A stretch of 64,000 nt of DNA, from the NCBI GenBank assembly GCA_048463395.1, contig DBFWPL010000025.1, forward strand, positions 9,545 through 73,544, read 5' to 3'. This stretch comes from Alphaproteobacteria bacterium. GTDB lineage: Bacteria; Pseudomonadota; Alphaproteobacteria; RF32; CAG-239. Under the pieces are notes generated by a model, which worked only from the letters and a program-made list of their open reading frames with translations, had not been told where the DNA came from and searched no databases. Position numbers and translations under genes: made by a program. Of the stretch, positions 8,912 through 20,124 are shown piece by piece. Each line of letters starts with the position of its first letter. Positions within the stretch are counted from its first letter, which is position 1.

Positions 8912-9661
8912 TTATTTTTTATTAAAACTGATACCGCGTGTGATGATACCAATCATGATACCGAACATCAGGTAACTGGTCAGGCATTCAAACGCGACAA
9001 TGATTCTGGCAATGACGGTGTGAGGGACAATATCTCCGTAACCGACTGTGGTCATGGTAATGATACTGAAATACAAAGCGTCAATGATTCCCGCAACGCC
9101 GTCACCAAAGTCAAAAGCCTGAGGAATTTTGAAATTGTTGTGAATAGTGTTGACCGAAAGGTTGATAACGGCAAAAGTGATTGTCAGGTTGATAAAAAAG
9201 TTAGCAAATTCTCCGATATCCTGCGGGGTGGCCAGGGTGTCAGGTGTCAGCATGGAGGACAGTTTTGCGGCAAAGTCCCTGACGCTGAGATAAGCGATAT
9301 AAATAATAATCAGACTTATCAAGTAGGTGCTGGCGGGTGCAAAAGTAATGTAAATGCTTAAAAAGCCGGCGATAAAGGCCACGATAGACAAGGCTTTTTT
9401 ATCAGAAACATAATATCTTCGGGTATAATTTTTTCCGGCAAAATAGCGGTTTAAAAAGAGGGAAATCAGAGCTGTGAACAAGCCGTTGTAAACCGGGAGG
9501 ACGACATAAATCAGTTCCGGATCCAAGTTTAGTTTTTTTGCAGGATCGGGATATAAAGATAAAATGCACAGGCTGACAAAAAAGCACAGATTAAAATCTC
9601 GTACGAAAATCTGTCGGATGTTTTGTAAGGATATTTGTATCATAATAAAAGCTCCGTTCAA
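8912..9661 (-). CDS. Potassium channel family protein
   Basis: A K+ selectivity filter (TTVGYGD) sits between transmembrane helices. Confidence 0.75.
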   Translation of the reverse strand: MNGAFIMIQISLQNIRQIFVRDFNLCFFVSLCILSLYPDPAKKLNLDPELIYVVLPVYNGLFTALISLFLNRYFAGKNYTRRYYVSDKKALSIVAFIAGFLSIYITFAPASTYLISLIIIYIAYLSVRDFAAKLSSMLTPDTLATPQDIGEFANFFINLTITFAVINLSVNTIHNNFKIPQAFDFGDGVAGIIDALYFSIITMTTVGYGDIVPHTVIARIIVAFECLTSYLMFGIMIGIITRGISFNKK

Positions 9662-9715
9662 TGTTTCAGATAAAGAATCTGGTCATTAAACGGAGCTTTT
9701 CAAGGTCTTAAGCGG

Positions 9716-10303
9716 TTATTCGACAAAGCCTAAGTATTTCCATTGGTCATTGTCATATTGTAAGTGAACAATGGAACCGTTCGGAATATCGTCGGTTTCA
9801 ACGTTTAGAGCCATTAAGGTCTGACTGAGTGTGATTCCGTGTCCGGAGACGGCAATGTTGGAATATTTGCTTTTACGGGCATATTCGTTAAGAGCCTTGA
9901 AGATTCGTTGTTGAACTTGGCGTTTGCTTTCACCTTGTTCAAAGCGAATGTCGGCGTATTTAGGATCGGCACTCCGCCATTTATCATAGAGTTCGCCAAA
10001 GGTTTCCATGGCTTTGGTATAGTGCATTCCCTCGGCTATGCCGACGTTTACTTCAGTAAAGCGGTCGTCGAAACGGAGGGGAACTTGTATGGATTTGGCG
10101 ACGATGGATCCCGTTTGTTTGGCTCGTCTTAACGGGCTGGATACGATTACTTCGATGTTTTTGTTCTTGAGAAGATTGGCGGCATTGTGAGCCTGATCAA
10201 TGCCCTGATTGGTTAAAACAGAATTGTTGGTGTGGCCTTGGATTTTGCCCTCAACATTATAAGAGCTTTGTCCGTGGCGAAAGATATAGAAGTTTTTGAC
10301 CAT
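9716..10303 (-). CDS. Histidine phosphatase family protein (phosphoglycerate mutase-like)
   Basis: An RHG motif (IFRHGQSSYN) is present and the length is 195 aa. Confidence 0.75.
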   Translation of the reverse strand: MVKNFYIFRHGQSSYNVEGKIQGHTNNSVLTNQGIDQAHNAANLLKNKNIEVIVSSPLRRAKQTGSIVAKSIQVPLRFDDRFTEVNVGIAEGMHYTKAMETFGELYDKWRSADPKYADIRFEQGESKRQVQQRIFKALNEYARKSKYSNIAVSGHGITLSQTLMALNVETDDIPNGSIVHLQYDNDQWKYLGFVE

Positions 10304-10393
10304 ATCTTTTTACTCCTCAAAGCAGTTGATGTTTGAATGAGTGCACTATAACACTTATTATGCTGATTTGCAAAAGTTTTTTAGAGAGGTTGT

Positions 10394-11578
10394 TTAGTCT
10401 TTTTTATCCAGTTTCAGCCATTTTGCCAGAGGGGCGAGCGTTTTTCCCTGAAATAGAACAGAAATGATAACCAAAAAGAAAATCAGGTTAAACAAAAATT
10501 GAGAGTTCGGAAACTGTATCATCATCGGATAGGTGGCCAAAATAATCGGAACGGCTCCTTTTAATCCGGCCCAGCTGATGAAAACTTTCTCTCTGGTGTC
10601 AAATTTACTGCGGGTCAGGCAGGCGAATACGGCCAGAGGGCGGGCTACAAACATCAAAAATACGGCACATCCCAATCCTATCCAGATGACTTCTCCGAGT
10701 TCATGAGGGTTTACCAACAATCCCAAAATCAAGAACATTCCGATTTGGGCTATCCAGGCCAGAGAATCGTGAAAACGTATCATTTGCCGGCGGTAGAGAA
10801 AAACGGTATTGCCAAGAAATATACCGCAGAGATAAACGGCAAGAAAGCCATTGCCACCCAGCAGTTCGGCTATGCCGAAAGTGGTTAAAACCAAGCCGAC
10901 GCCAAATACCGGATAAAGACCGGCATAGCTTAGGCACCAGCGTTTTAATATGTATCCGGCCACACGTCCCAGCAAGAAGCCGATTAAAAGGCCTAAAGAC
11001 ATTTGACGAAAGAATGAGGTTAAGATGTCCGGAAAGTTGAATTCTGGCTGAGAGAGATAAGTAATAGCCCCCATGGAGAGCAAAACGGCCATTGGGTCGT
11101 TGCTTCCGGATTCAAATTCAAGGATTGGTTTTATGCCGGGTTTTAATTCTGATTTGTGAGAACGCATAATGGCAAAAACGGCAGGAGCGTCAGTTGATGA
11201 AACAATAACGCTTAAGAGCAAAGATACCTCAAAGGACAAACCGAGAATATAATAGGTGCTGACATACATAAATAAAGCCGTCAGAAATACGCCCAATGTG
11301 GAGAGGACACTGCCTCGTCCGGCAACATTTTTTACTTCAGACCATAAGGTTTCCAGTCCGCCGGAAAACAAAATCATGCTTAAGGCAATGGTTCCGATAT
11401 AATTGGAAAGTTTGGCATCGTAAAATTGTATGCCTCCGGGGCCGTCGGTGCCGGCAAGCATTCCCAGAGCCAAAAACAGCAAAAGAGCGGGAATGCCGAA
11501 ATTATCTGAAATTCTGTTGGCAAAGACGCAGAGCAACAGCAAAATTCCGGAAATACCCATCAATATAGACAGTGTCAT
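10394..11578 (-). CDS. Na+/H+ antiporter, cation:proton antiporter family
   Basis: This is a 394-aa polytopic membrane protein whose Na+/H+ exchanger family pattern includes GSNDPMAV. Confidence 0.65.
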   Translation of the reverse strand: MTLSILMGISGILLLLCVFANRISDNFGIPALLLFLALGMLAGTDGPGGIQFYDAKLSNYIGTIALSMILFSGGLETLWSEVKNVAGRGSVLSTLGVFLTALFMYVSTYYILGLSFEVSLLLSVIVSSTDAPAVFAIMRSHKSELKPGIKPILEFESGSNDPMAVLLSMGAITYLSQPEFNFPDILTSFFRQMSLGLLIGFLLGRVAGYILKRWCLSYAGLYPVFGVGLVLTTFGIAELLGGNGFLAVYLCGIFLGNTVFLYRRQMIRFHDSLAWIAQIGMFLILGLLVNPHELGEVIWIGLGCAVFLMFVARPLAVFACLTRSKFDTREKVFISWAGLKGAVPIILATYPMMIQFPNSQFLFNLIFFLVIISVLFQGKTLAPLAKWLKLDKKD

Positions 11579-11701
11579 TTTTCGTGTTCCTTTTTTGTTT
11601 GGAATTATTCTGGAGAATAAATATTAATATTTCATAACTTGAATTTATATAATCTGAATTTACGTTTATTGAAGTTGGTTAGTAAAAAAAGGAGTATTGC
11701 G

Positions 11702-12415
11702 ATGGAAAATAAAGAAACGGTTTATACTTGCAGCGGAGATGATGATGCAATCAGCCAGATAAAATGCAATCCGATGCCGCTTATTGGGGATGAAGCTCCG
11801 GAATTTACGGCAGATTCGACACTGGGTAAAATCAGCTTTCCTCAAGATTTTGCCGGTAAATGGGTGATTTTGTTTTCTCATCCGGCAGATTTTACACCGG
11901 TTTGTACCTCGGAGATTGCCACGTTTGCGGCTTTGTCCGATGATTTTAAAGCAATGAACACTGAGTTGGTCGGAATTTCGGTTGATAGTATCAGCTCGCA
12001 TTTGGCATGGCTGAAAACCATTCAGGATAAGGTTCGTTTCGGAAAATATGACGGACAGAAGATTAAATTTCCGATTGTGGCTGATGTTAAAATGGATGTG
12101 GCAAAAAAATATGGCATGATTCAACCGGGAGCCAGTGATACCAAAGCAGTGCGGGCTGTGTTCTTTATTGATCCAAACAAGAAGATCCGGGCGATTTTAT
12201 ATTATCCGATGTCTGCAGGACGTAATTTTGCAGAAATCAAACGGCTTTTGCAGGCCTTGCAGATAACCGACAAATATGGGATTTCTACTCCGGCGGATTG
12301 GCAAGAGGGAGATGAAGTTTTGGTTCCTGCTCCGGCTAATATGGAAGAGCTTTCACTCGGATATGAAGATGACGAGGAAGGACCATGGTTCTTTCATCGT
12401 CGGAAATTGCACTGA
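11702..12415 (+). CDS. Peroxiredoxin (Prx6/1-Cys-like)
   Basis: The peroxidatic Cys motif FTPVCTSE is present. The tool ORF starts at 11639, but the ATG at 11702 is preceded by AAGGAG and is the likely start. Confidence 0.85.
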   Translation: MENKETVYTCSGDDDAISQIKCNPMPLIGDEAPEFTADSTLGKISFPQDFAGKWVILFSHPADFTPVCTSEIATFAALSDDFKAMNTELVGISVDSISSHLAWLKTIQDKVRFGKYDGQKIKFPIVADVKMDVAKKYGMIQPGASDTKAVRAVFFIDPNKKIRAILYYPMSAGRNFAEIKRLLQALQITDKYGISTPADWQEGDEVLVPAPANMEELSLGYEDDEEGPWFFHRRKLH

Positions 12416-12518
12416 TTACGGTAGAGGAGGGCAATGGCTTCTTATGATAAACTTGTTTTTTTATTGAGAAAAAAGAACGGGAAGAGTATAAGAATCTAAA
12501 CAAGTAAATTTTAAGGAG

Positions 12519-13496
12519 TTGAAAATGATACCTGCAAAATTAAAAAAAGGTGACGAAATCCGAGTTGTTGCACCTTCCAGAGGAATTAAAATTATTTCTC
12601 AGGAAGTTCGAAAAATCGCTATTGAACGTTTTAACGAATTGGGGCTGAGAGTTACTTTCGGAAAAAATACCGTTGATGAAAACTGGGATATGCTTGGAAC
12701 ATCCTCTGTTGAGAAACGTGTCGAAGATATTATGGATGCTTTCCGAGATAAAAATGTCAAAGCGATTTTTACGATTATCGGCGGTTTTAATTCCAATCAG
12801 CTTCTGCCGTATTTGGATTATGAAGTTATTAAGGCTAATCCAAAGATTTTTTGTGGGTTTTCCGATATTACAGCATTGTTGGACGGGATTTATGCCAAAA
12901 CAGGTTTAGTTACGTTTTCAGGTCCGCATCTCAGTTCAATCGGGATGTTGAAAGGGACGGAATATACTCTTGAAAATATGCGGAAAATGTTGATGGACAG
13001 CGGTAAAAACGAAATTATTCCGTCTTCCGAATGGAGTGATGATTTGTGGTTTTTAGATCAGGAAAATCGTGAGTTCATAAAAAGTGACGGTTATTGGAAC
13101 ATCCATGACGGGAAAGCTTCCGGAAAATTGTTAGGCGGTAATTTGGGAACATTTAATCTGTTGCTCGGTTCTGAATACCGTCCGGCTTTTACCCCTGATA
13201 CTATTTTATTTGTTGAAGATACGGAAGGGGCGGATATCTGCAGTTTTATGCGTAATTTGACAGCGTTGACATATCAACCTGATTTTAAAAATGTTAAGGG
13301 CTTGGTAATCGGTCGTTTTCAGAAAGGTTCAAAGGTTACAAGGGATATGTTGGAATATATGGTAAATTCAATTCCGGCTTTAAAGGAGCTCCCTGTTGTA
13401 GCTAATGTTGATTTCGGACATTCGACCCCGCTGCTGACGCTTCCGATAGGTGGCTATGCCGAAGTTTCCGGAACAGAAATTAAAATCAGTTGTTGA
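12519..13496 (+). CDS. ldcA: LD-carboxypeptidase (S66 family, LdcA/MccF-like)
   Basis: The catalytic Ser lies in the motif CGFSDITAL. Length is 325 aa. Confidence 0.75.
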   Translation: MKMIPAKLKKGDEIRVVAPSRGIKIISQEVRKIAIERFNELGLRVTFGKNTVDENWDMLGTSSVEKRVEDIMDAFRDKNVKAIFTIIGGFNSNQLLPYLDYEVIKANPKIFCGFSDITALLDGIYAKTGLVTFSGPHLSSIGMLKGTEYTLENMRKMLMDSGKNEIIPSSEWSDDLWFLDQENREFIKSDGYWNIHDGKASGKLLGGNLGTFNLLLGSEYRPAFTPDTILFVEDTEGADICSFMRNLTALTYQPDFKNVKGLVIGRFQKGSKVTRDMLEYMVNSIPALKELPVVANVDFGHSTPLLTLPIGGYAEVSGTEIKISC

Positions 13497-13510
13497 TTGG
13501 CAAGATATTA

Positions 13511-13540
13511 AAAAAGGCTCTCGTTTGAGAGCCTTTTTTG
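13511..13540. terminator. Bidirectional intrinsic terminator between the convergent ldcA-like and acrB-like genes
   Basis: The sequence is AAAAAGGCTCTCGTTTGAGAGCCTTTTTT. The stem GGCTCTC/GAGAGCC is flanked by an A-run and a T-run. Confidence 0.7.
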
Positions 13541-13544
13541 TTGG

Positions 13545-16500
13545 TTATTCCTGATGTTCTTCTTTCTTTTTCGAACTGTAGGTGTGTTCTCTCCAGGTTT
13601 GGAACAGAATATACAACAGAGGAATGATAATCAGACCGGCAGCCGTACCGAGAAGCATTCCGTAGAATACCGGGACGCCGATGGCAATACGGCTGGAAGC
13701 TCCGGCTCCGGTTGCCACAATCATCGGCAAAACACCCAAAATGAAGGTGAAAGCTGTCATCAATACCGCACGGAAACGTTCTTTTGTTCCGGTTGTGGCG
13801 GCTTTAATAATAGATGAACCTTTTTCTCGTTCTTCTTTGGAGAATTCCACAATCAAGATTGCGTTCTTTGCTGCCAGACCGACCAACAGAATCAGACCCA
13901 ATTGGGCGTAAATACTCAACGGCAGTCCGGTAATAAATAATCCGGCCAAAGCTCCGAGCATGGCGACAGAAACTGAAGTCAACACCGGAAGCGGAGTGGA
14001 CCAGCTTTCATATTGGGCAACCAAGAAGAGGTAAGCAAAAGTCATTGCCAACATAATCAGGTAGCCGATTTGACCGTTACTGTCTTTTTCTTGGAAGCTC
14101 ATTCCCGACCAGTCATAGCTGAAACCATTCGGAAGCTGTTTGGACAGTGTTTCCAACGCACCCATTGCTTGTCCGGTACTGGAAGCCGGACTTTGAACCG
14201 CGGTGACAGAAGCACTTGGATATTGGTTGTAACGAGTAACAACACGCGGGGCCAAAACTTTTTTCATGGAAATAACCGAATCAAGCGGAACCATTTCTCC
14301 TTTTTGGTTTTGAACATGCAGTTTTTTGACGCTTTCCAAATCTTTACGGAATTTCCAATCGGCCTGAATCATTACTTTGTTTACTTGCGTACCGAAGTTA
14401 ACGTCATTGACGTAGCTTGAGCCCAGATAGTTTTGCAGAATGCTGTAAATGCTGCCGATGGAAACTTTCATTGCTTCGGCTTTTTCGCGGTCAATGGTAA
14501 TATAATAGTTCGGGGTTTGAGCCGTATAGGTTGTGTAAGCATATAATACGTTCGGATCCATATTGATCTTTGTCAAGATACCATGCAGGGCGGCTTCCAG
14601 TTTACGCGGATCATCCGTGTTTAATGATTGCAAACGATAATCCATACCACCGCTCATGCCCAAGCCCATAATTGCAGGAGGTTCGAATAACTGGACTTCA
14701 GCTTCCGGCATACCAATAACCTTGGCTCTGATACGGTTCAGAATATTGGACGAGTAAAGTTCATCTCCTTTACGTTCATTCCATGGATGAAGCGTGATGA
14801 TGGTCATGGCAACGTTTTCTCCGCTTCCGCCGATCATACTGACACCAACCACACTCATCACGTTGTCTACACCGGCTTCTTCTTTGATGAGCGGGTAAAT
14901 CTTATCAACAAAAGCTTGAGTGCGGACTCGGGTGGCTCCTTCAGGAAGTTGGATGTTCATGAAGATAACGCCTTGGTCTTCGGAAGGGATGAATGATGTT
15001 GAACTGATGTGGAGCAGTCCGCCGACTCCCGCAAACAACAGAACCATAATCAAGAAAATAACACTGACTTTGCGTCCCAATAATCCGACGACTGAAGCAT
15101 ATTTGTCACGGGATTTGTTGATAACTTTGTTAAACCAGAAAAGAGGTCCGGATTGTGCCGGCTTTAACGGTTTAAGCAGGGTTGCACAGAGTGCCGGAGA
15201 CAGTGTTAACGCATTTAAGGAAGAAAAAGATACCGAGGTTGAAATCGCAATGGCAAATTGTTGGTAAATTTTTCCGGTAATGCCGCCCAAAAATCCGACC
15301 GGAACAAAAATCGCTAATAATACCAATGTTGTGGCAACAACGGCACTGGATACTTGTTCCATAGCTTTAATGGTGGCTTCTTTCGGGGAAAGATGTTCAT
15401 TTTCCATAAGATAAAGAACGCGTTCAACCACCACAATCGCATCGTCTACCACCAAACCGATAGCCAGAACCAAACCGAAAAGGGTCATCATGTTTAAGCT
15501 GTAGCCTAAAGCCATCATAACGGCAAAGGTAGCGAAAATAGAGACCGGGATGGTCAGGGTCGGAACCAGAGTGGATCGCCAATCTTGAAGGAATACATAA
15601 CAAACAAGAATTACGAGAATGAAAGTCAATACCAAAGTAAAGACAACTTCTTCAATAGAGGCTCGAATGTATTCGGTAGAATCGTAACCGATGATATAAT
15701 CAATTCCTTCAGGAAAGCGTTCAGCCAGACGCTGCAATTCTTTTTTGACGGCATCCATGGCATCCAGGGCGTTTGCTCCGGAAAGCTGATTGATGGCGAT
15801 GGCAACGTTTGGTACACCGTTAAATTTGGAAGTGGCACGATAACTCTCTTCTCCGATTTCAACATTAGCAATGTCTTTGAGGTATACCAAGCCACCTTGA
15901 TCAGCCGTACGGATGATAATGTTTTTGAAGTCTTCCACCTCATTGATACGTCCCTGAGTCTGTAATGTATAAACCATCTGTTGGCTGCCGTCGCCAGGCA
16001 TGGCTCCGATGCTTCCCAGGGAAGGTTGGTAGTTTTGCCCTTCAATAGCTGCTGTTATGGTGCTGACAGGTATATTCAATGCGGTGATTTTATCTGCATC
16101 TAACCAAACACGCATGCTTAAGCGTGAGGAGTAGACATTTACCTCACCAACACCATATACACGGCTTAGGCTGTCTTTTATGTTATTTTGTACGTAGTCG
16201 GACAGTTCAAGCTGAGTATAAGCATTGTTGGGAGAAATCAGACTGATAAATCCTAAAATGTTGGATGACCGGGTTTTAACAGTCAGTCCCTGACGAGTAA
16301 CTTCGGTCGGAAGTTTGGATTGTGCTTGTTGAATACGGTTTTGGACTTTTACCTGAGCCATATCTCGGTCAACCCCAACTCTGAAAGTTACAGTCAGGCT
16401 ATATTGAGAATTTTCTGAGGAAGAGCTCATATACAGCATGTCTTCAACACCGTTAATCTCCTCTTCAAGCGGAATACCGACGGTTTTGGCAATAACTTCG

Positions 16501-16664
16501 GCACTGGCTCCCGGATATGATGCGGATACGACGACTTCCGGAGGAGTGATTTCCGGATATAAAGCAATCGGCAATGAAAATACGGAAATGATACCTGCTA
16601 GTGTTAATACGATGGAGATAACCATCGCAAAACGAGGTCTTTCAATGAATATGCGGGAGAACAT
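13545..16664 (-). CDS. acrB: RND multidrug efflux transporter permease (AcrB/MexB family)
   Basis: This is a 1039-aa protein with the 12-TM RND architecture and large periplasmic loops. Confidence 0.9.
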   Translation of the reverse strand: MFSRIFIERPRFAMVISIVLTLAGIISVFSLPIALYPEITPPEVVVSASYPGASAEVIAKTVGIPLEEEINGVEDMLYMSSSSENSQYSLTVTFRVGVDRDMAQVKVQNRIQQAQSKLPTEVTRQGLTVKTRSSNILGFISLISPNNAYTQLELSDYVQNNIKDSLSRVYGVGEVNVYSSRLSMRVWLDADKITALNIPVSTITAAIEGQNYQPSLGSIGAMPGDGSQQMVYTLQTQGRINEVEDFKNIIIRTADQGGLVYLKDIANVEIGEESYRATSKFNGVPNVAIAINQLSGANALDAMDAVKKELQRLAERFPEGIDYIIGYDSTEYIRASIEEVVFTLVLTFILVILVCYVFLQDWRSTLVPTLTIPVSIFATFAVMMALGYSLNMMTLFGLVLAIGLVVDDAIVVVERVLYLMENEHLSPKEATIKAMEQVSSAVVATTLVLLAIFVPVGFLGGITGKIYQQFAIAISTSVSFSSLNALTLSPALCATLLKPLKPAQSGPLFWFNKVINKSRDKYASVVGLLGRKVSVIFLIMVLLFAGVGGLLHISSTSFIPSEDQGVIFMNIQLPEGATRVRTQAFVDKIYPLIKEEAGVDNVMSVVGVSMIGGSGENVAMTIITLHPWNERKGDELYSSNILNRIRAKVIGMPEAEVQLFEPPAIMGLGMSGGMDYRLQSLNTDDPRKLEAALHGILTKINMDPNVLYAYTTYTAQTPNYYITIDREKAEAMKVSIGSIYSILQNYLGSSYVNDVNFGTQVNKVMIQADWKFRKDLESVKKLHVQNQKGEMVPLDSVISMKKVLAPRVVTRYNQYPSASVTAVQSPASSTGQAMGALETLSKQLPNGFSYDWSGMSFQEKDSNGQIGYLIMLAMTFAYLFLVAQYESWSTPLPVLTSVSVAMLGALAGLFITGLPLSIYAQLGLILLVGLAAKNAILIVEFSKEEREKGSSIIKAATTGTKERFRAVLMTAFTFILGVLPMIVATGAGASSRIAIGVPVFYGMLLGTAAGLIIIPLLYILFQTWREHTYSSKKKEEHQE

Positions 16665-16667
16665 TGT

Positions 16668-17846
16668 TTATTTTTCCTCCTTGGCAATATCTTGGGCTGA
16701 TTTTATTTCTCCGACTCTGACTTTTTGTCCGTTTTTAACTTTTTGAAGTCCCTGAATGATAATTCTGTCGTCGCTATTCAGCCCGTCGAGGACAATTTGT
16801 TTGTCTTCCAGCGTTTCACCCAAGACGACTCTTTTTTCTTCAACAACGTCATCTTTGTTAACGGTCATTACGAAGTTTCCGTTTTCATCCTGAGCAATGG
16901 CTGCTTGAGGAATTAACAGGGCAATTTGGGAGTCTTTCTTGCCGACATGGATATCAACATAGTTTCCCGGGATTAAAAGCCCTTTGTCGTTGCTGTATTC
17001 GGCATAAATAGCGATGGTTGCCGTATCGGAATTAATTTCGTTATCCGTGAAACGTGATTTCAGATGATTAATGAGAACCGTTCCGTTAGGGAGAACCAGT
17101 TCGGTTTTAATCGGGGAAGAATCTTTGCCGTTTTTGTACATTTGCCTCATGTTGAGGTAGTCTTTATCTGAAACGGAAAAGGATACGCGAATCGGATCAA
17201 CCTGAACAATACGGGCCAGATCCTGAAGCGTTGAGTTGACGTAGTTTCCTTCCGTAACCTGGGCTTTGCCGATAAAACCACTTATCGGGGCTTTGATTTC
17301 GGTGTAGTCCAAGTCGATTTTGGCCAGATCAAGATTGGCTTCAGCTTGGGCAACGGCGGCTTTGGCCTGCAGGTAATTGCTCTCGGAAGTATCAAGAGTG
17401 GCTATTGAGGCATAGTTTTGTTTGCTTAAAGATTTTTGGCGGTTGTAATCGCGTTCGGCCCGAACCAGACTGGCTTTGGCACTGTTGAGTTCGGCTTGAC
17501 GAAGTTCTACGGTGGCAAGATAGCGTTTTTGTTCAATGATAAACAGAATATCGCCTTCATTGACGAAACTGCCTTCTTGGAACAAGACTTTTTCAACATA
17601 TCCGGTTATCTGAGGTTTCAGGTTGACGCTTTTAATAGCTTCAACGTGTCCGATGTAACTCTTTTTAGGAGAAATATCCTGACTTTCAGGCAACTGAGTT
17701 AAAACATAAGCTTCTCCGGCGGCTCCGCCCATCATTGGCATTTGCGGGGTTAAACGACCTTTCAGAAACCAACCGACGGCTCCACATAAAAAGAGGATAA
17801 CCAGTTGTTTTATAACTGTTCTGTTTTTTACCTTACCTAAACGCAT
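16668..17846 (-). CDS. acrA: RND efflux periplasmic adaptor subunit (AcrA/MexA family)
   Basis: It has a signal-anchor, coiled-coil hairpin and beta-barrel regions and lies immediately upstream of the RND permease. Confidence 0.85.
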   Translation of the reverse strand: MRLGKVKNRTVIKQLVILFLCGAVGWFLKGRLTPQMPMMGGAAGEAYVLTQLPESQDISPKKSYIGHVEAIKSVNLKPQITGYVEKVLFQEGSFVNEGDILFIIEQKRYLATVELRQAELNSAKASLVRAERDYNRQKSLSKQNYASIATLDTSESNYLQAKAAVAQAEANLDLAKIDLDYTEIKAPISGFIGKAQVTEGNYVNSTLQDLARIVQVDPIRVSFSVSDKDYLNMRQMYKNGKDSSPIKTELVLPNGTVLINHLKSRFTDNEINSDTATIAIYAEYSNDKGLLIPGNYVDIHVGKKDSQIALLIPQAAIAQDENGNFVMTVNKDDVVEEKRVVLGETLEDKQIVLDGLNSDDRIIIQGLQKVKNGQKVRVGEIKSAQDIAKEEK

Positions 17847-17847
17847 T

Positions 17848-18477
17848 TTAAAGTACCTTTCTTTTAAGACCGTTTGTTATTAAATCAAAACTTTGTTCAA
17901 CCAAAGTCGGAAAATCAAGAGAACATTTGTCGGTAATGAAACCGCCAAGCAATCCGTGCCATAAGGAACACAAAATTTGTGCCGTAGCCTCAATATTGAT
18001 TTCGGGAGATATTTCTCCATTTTTTTGTGAAAAAGTCAATGCTTGTTTTATTTCTTGCAGAGGATATTCGTCAATATCTTTGATTGATTTGCAGATGGTA
18101 CCGAGAATGGCTTCGGACCACTCCATCTGGTAGAAAATAAAGAACAGAAATTTCCGATAATAAGGACGATCTCTGACTAAAGTGGCGTTGATGATAAAAC
18201 GCTGCTTTAAATTATCAACCGATTTGATTTCGGGAACTTCCTGCAGGATGAAACTGTTGGCACGGTTGAAAGCCTCTCTGATGAGAGCTGCAATTAAATC
18301 CGGCTTATTGCGAAAATGCCAGTAAACGGCACCTTTGGTCAGGTTAATCCGTTTGGCGATTTCATCAAAGGTTGTACGGGAGTATCCTTTTTCACAAAAA
18401 ATATCAAGTGCGGACCACAGAATTTTATTTCTGGTTTGTTCAGCTTCTTCTTTTGTTCTTCTAGCCATGGTTCTCAA
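17848..18477 (-). CDS. TetR/AcrR family transcriptional regulator
   Basis: The N-terminal TetR helix-turn-helix (TFDEIAKRINLTKGAVYWHFRNK) is present. Confidence 0.85.
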   Translation of the reverse strand: MRTMARRTKEEAEQTRNKILWSALDIFCEKGYSRTTFDEIAKRINLTKGAVYWHFRNKPDLIAALIREAFNRANSFILQEVPEIKSVDNLKQRFIINATLVRDRPYYRKFLFFIFYQMEWSEAILGTICKSIKDIDEYPLQEIKQALTFSQKNGEISPEINIEATAQILCSLWHGLLGGFITDKCSLDFPTLVEQSFDLITNGLKRKVL

Positions 18478-18541
18478 CTAACTCTATTATACATACTTGG
18501 AGGTATATATAGTAAATTTCAAAAATTGGCAAGTTAATTTT

Positions 18542-20113
18542 TTAGAGTTTTCCACTTTTTTTGCAGGGATAAAATATATCTGATTCAATGTTATAGTAGG
18601 ATGTTTCAACTCCGGAAAGTCCCAAAAGCGAATGGAAAATATTGTCGTGAGAATAAGAATTGCGAATTTTGTTTCTCAGGCAGTTTGTATCAATATTCAT
18701 GGCTTGGGCGGTTTCAGCAGATATCCAGATAAAGAACGGAATGTCTTTTTGGTAGACGGGAGCCGTATTGTATGGAGCCGCATGTAAGTATTTGCCGTCT
18801 TCTCCCAGAGATTCTCCGTGGTCTGAGACATAAATCAAGGCGGTGTTGTAATCTTTGGAAAGTTTTTTCAGTTTCTCAATAATCATTGCCAAAAATGCCG
18901 AGGTATAGTGAATGGAGTTATCATAAACATTGATGAGACTCTCCTGAGAACACTCTCCGAATGATTGATTAGTGCAGACAGGCGTATAAAGTTCCGAGGT
19001 TTTCGGATAGTGTTCATGGTAAGCCGGTCCGTGGCTTCCTCTTTGGTGAAGAACAACAAAGGTATTTTTATCGTTTTTTTGAATTTTTTCTTCAAATGAC
19101 TGTAACATAACCTCATCTAAACAATGTTTTGTCCGACAAGGGACTTCTACTTCTATGCGGTCGCAGACGTTATAGCATCCGGTGTTGTTTTCCCTCCATA
19201 AGACTTTATATCCGGCATGGTTGAGAATGTCCAATATGTTCTCCGTATATTCTTCGCTTCCGGTTTTGAAAGATTTTCTGTCCGCAAGGGAAAAAATGCA
19301 AGGAAGCGAAACGGCAGTTGATGTTCCGCAAGAGGTGAAATTGTGGAAATAAATCAGTTCTTTTCCGTATTTTTCCAGTGGTTGGTTGGTTGGACGGTGA
19401 TATCCGTTGAGAGAAAAATTGGCAGCTCGGGCTGTTTCACCCATAACAAAAATAATCAGGTTCTTCTTGTCATTCTTCCAATAGGGTTTAAGTTCTGCAT
19501 CTTCCGAGATTTTTATCAGAGGAGGTTTCGGTTTTAATTTTATTTTGGCTACGGAGATAACGGCTCCGATGTAGTTGACGGGAATAAGCGAGTATTTTAT
19601 GCTTTTGTGATTTTTTAAGAATGGTTTGACGGAAGAATAGCCTCCGAGGATGATGCCGGCAGCTGTCAGTACTGAGATTAATGCTGAAATGCCGTTGCTT
19701 TTATATGTTGTGAAAATAATATTTGTTTTATATATGATCAGAGAAGGGATAATACCCAGGAAAACGATAAATCCGGCAAGTTTTAAACTTAATAAGTCGC
19801 AGATTTCATAAACATCCGTTTTCAGGGTGTTAAGCAGCATGATTTTATCAATTTCAGTATTGTAGGTATACATAAAATAAAAAGTAAACGTGTTGAGTAT
19901 CAGAAGAAAAATACTCATAGGTTTGACTGTTTGGGGATGAAAAAGGAGTGTGCAGGCAATATTTAACAGAAGAAAAGTGCAAATTGCCGCTCCCAGAACA
20001 AACCAGCCGGATGCCGTTATTTCATAAATCTTTTTCAGAAAAATACCATTATAAACCGTAAGGGTAAACAGGGCATAAATTAAATTGAAAAATACAGATT
20101 TGATTTTAAGCAT
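18542..20113 (-). CDS. eptA: Phosphoethanolamine transferase (EptA-like, sulfatase domain)
   Basis: An N-terminal 5-TM region is followed by a sulfatase-family domain. The tool ORF extends to 20254. The ATG at 20113 (MLKIKSV...) avoids overlap with the gene upstream. Confidence 0.75.
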   Translation of the reverse strand: MLKIKSVFFNLIYALFTLTVYNGIFLKKIYEITASGWFVLGAAICTFLLLNIACTLLFHPQTVKPMSIFLLILNTFTFYFMYTYNTEIDKIMLLNTLKTDVYEICDLLSLKLAGFIVFLGIIPSLIIYKTNIIFTTYKSNGISALISVLTAAGIILGGYSSVKPFLKNHKSIKYSLIPVNYIGAVISVAKIKLKPKPPLIKISEDAELKPYWKNDKKNLIIFVMGETARAANFSLNGYHRPTNQPLEKYGKELIYFHNFTSCGTSTAVSLPCIFSLADRKSFKTGSEEYTENILDILNHAGYKVLWRENNTGCYNVCDRIEVEVPCRTKHCLDEVMLQSFEEKIQKNDKNTFVVLHQRGSHGPAYHEHYPKTSELYTPVCTNQSFGECSQESLINVYDNSIHYTSAFLAMIIEKLKKLSKDYNTALIYVSDHGESLGEDGKYLHAAPYNTAPVYQKDIPFFIWISAETAQAMNIDTNCLRNKIRNSYSHDNIFHSLLGLSGVETSYYNIESDIFYPCKKSGKL

Positions 20114-20124
20114 TTGAGTTCTTT

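Noticed and set aside
11639-11701. N-terminal extensions of tool ORFs for the peroxiredoxin (11639), rpoH (40886), eptA (20254), pgm (28371) and the second Cys-rich protein (49833)
   Set aside because: Internal ATG codons with good Shine-Dalgarno sequences align with the conserved family N-termini and remove gene overlaps. The extensions are most likely artefacts of longest-ORF calling.
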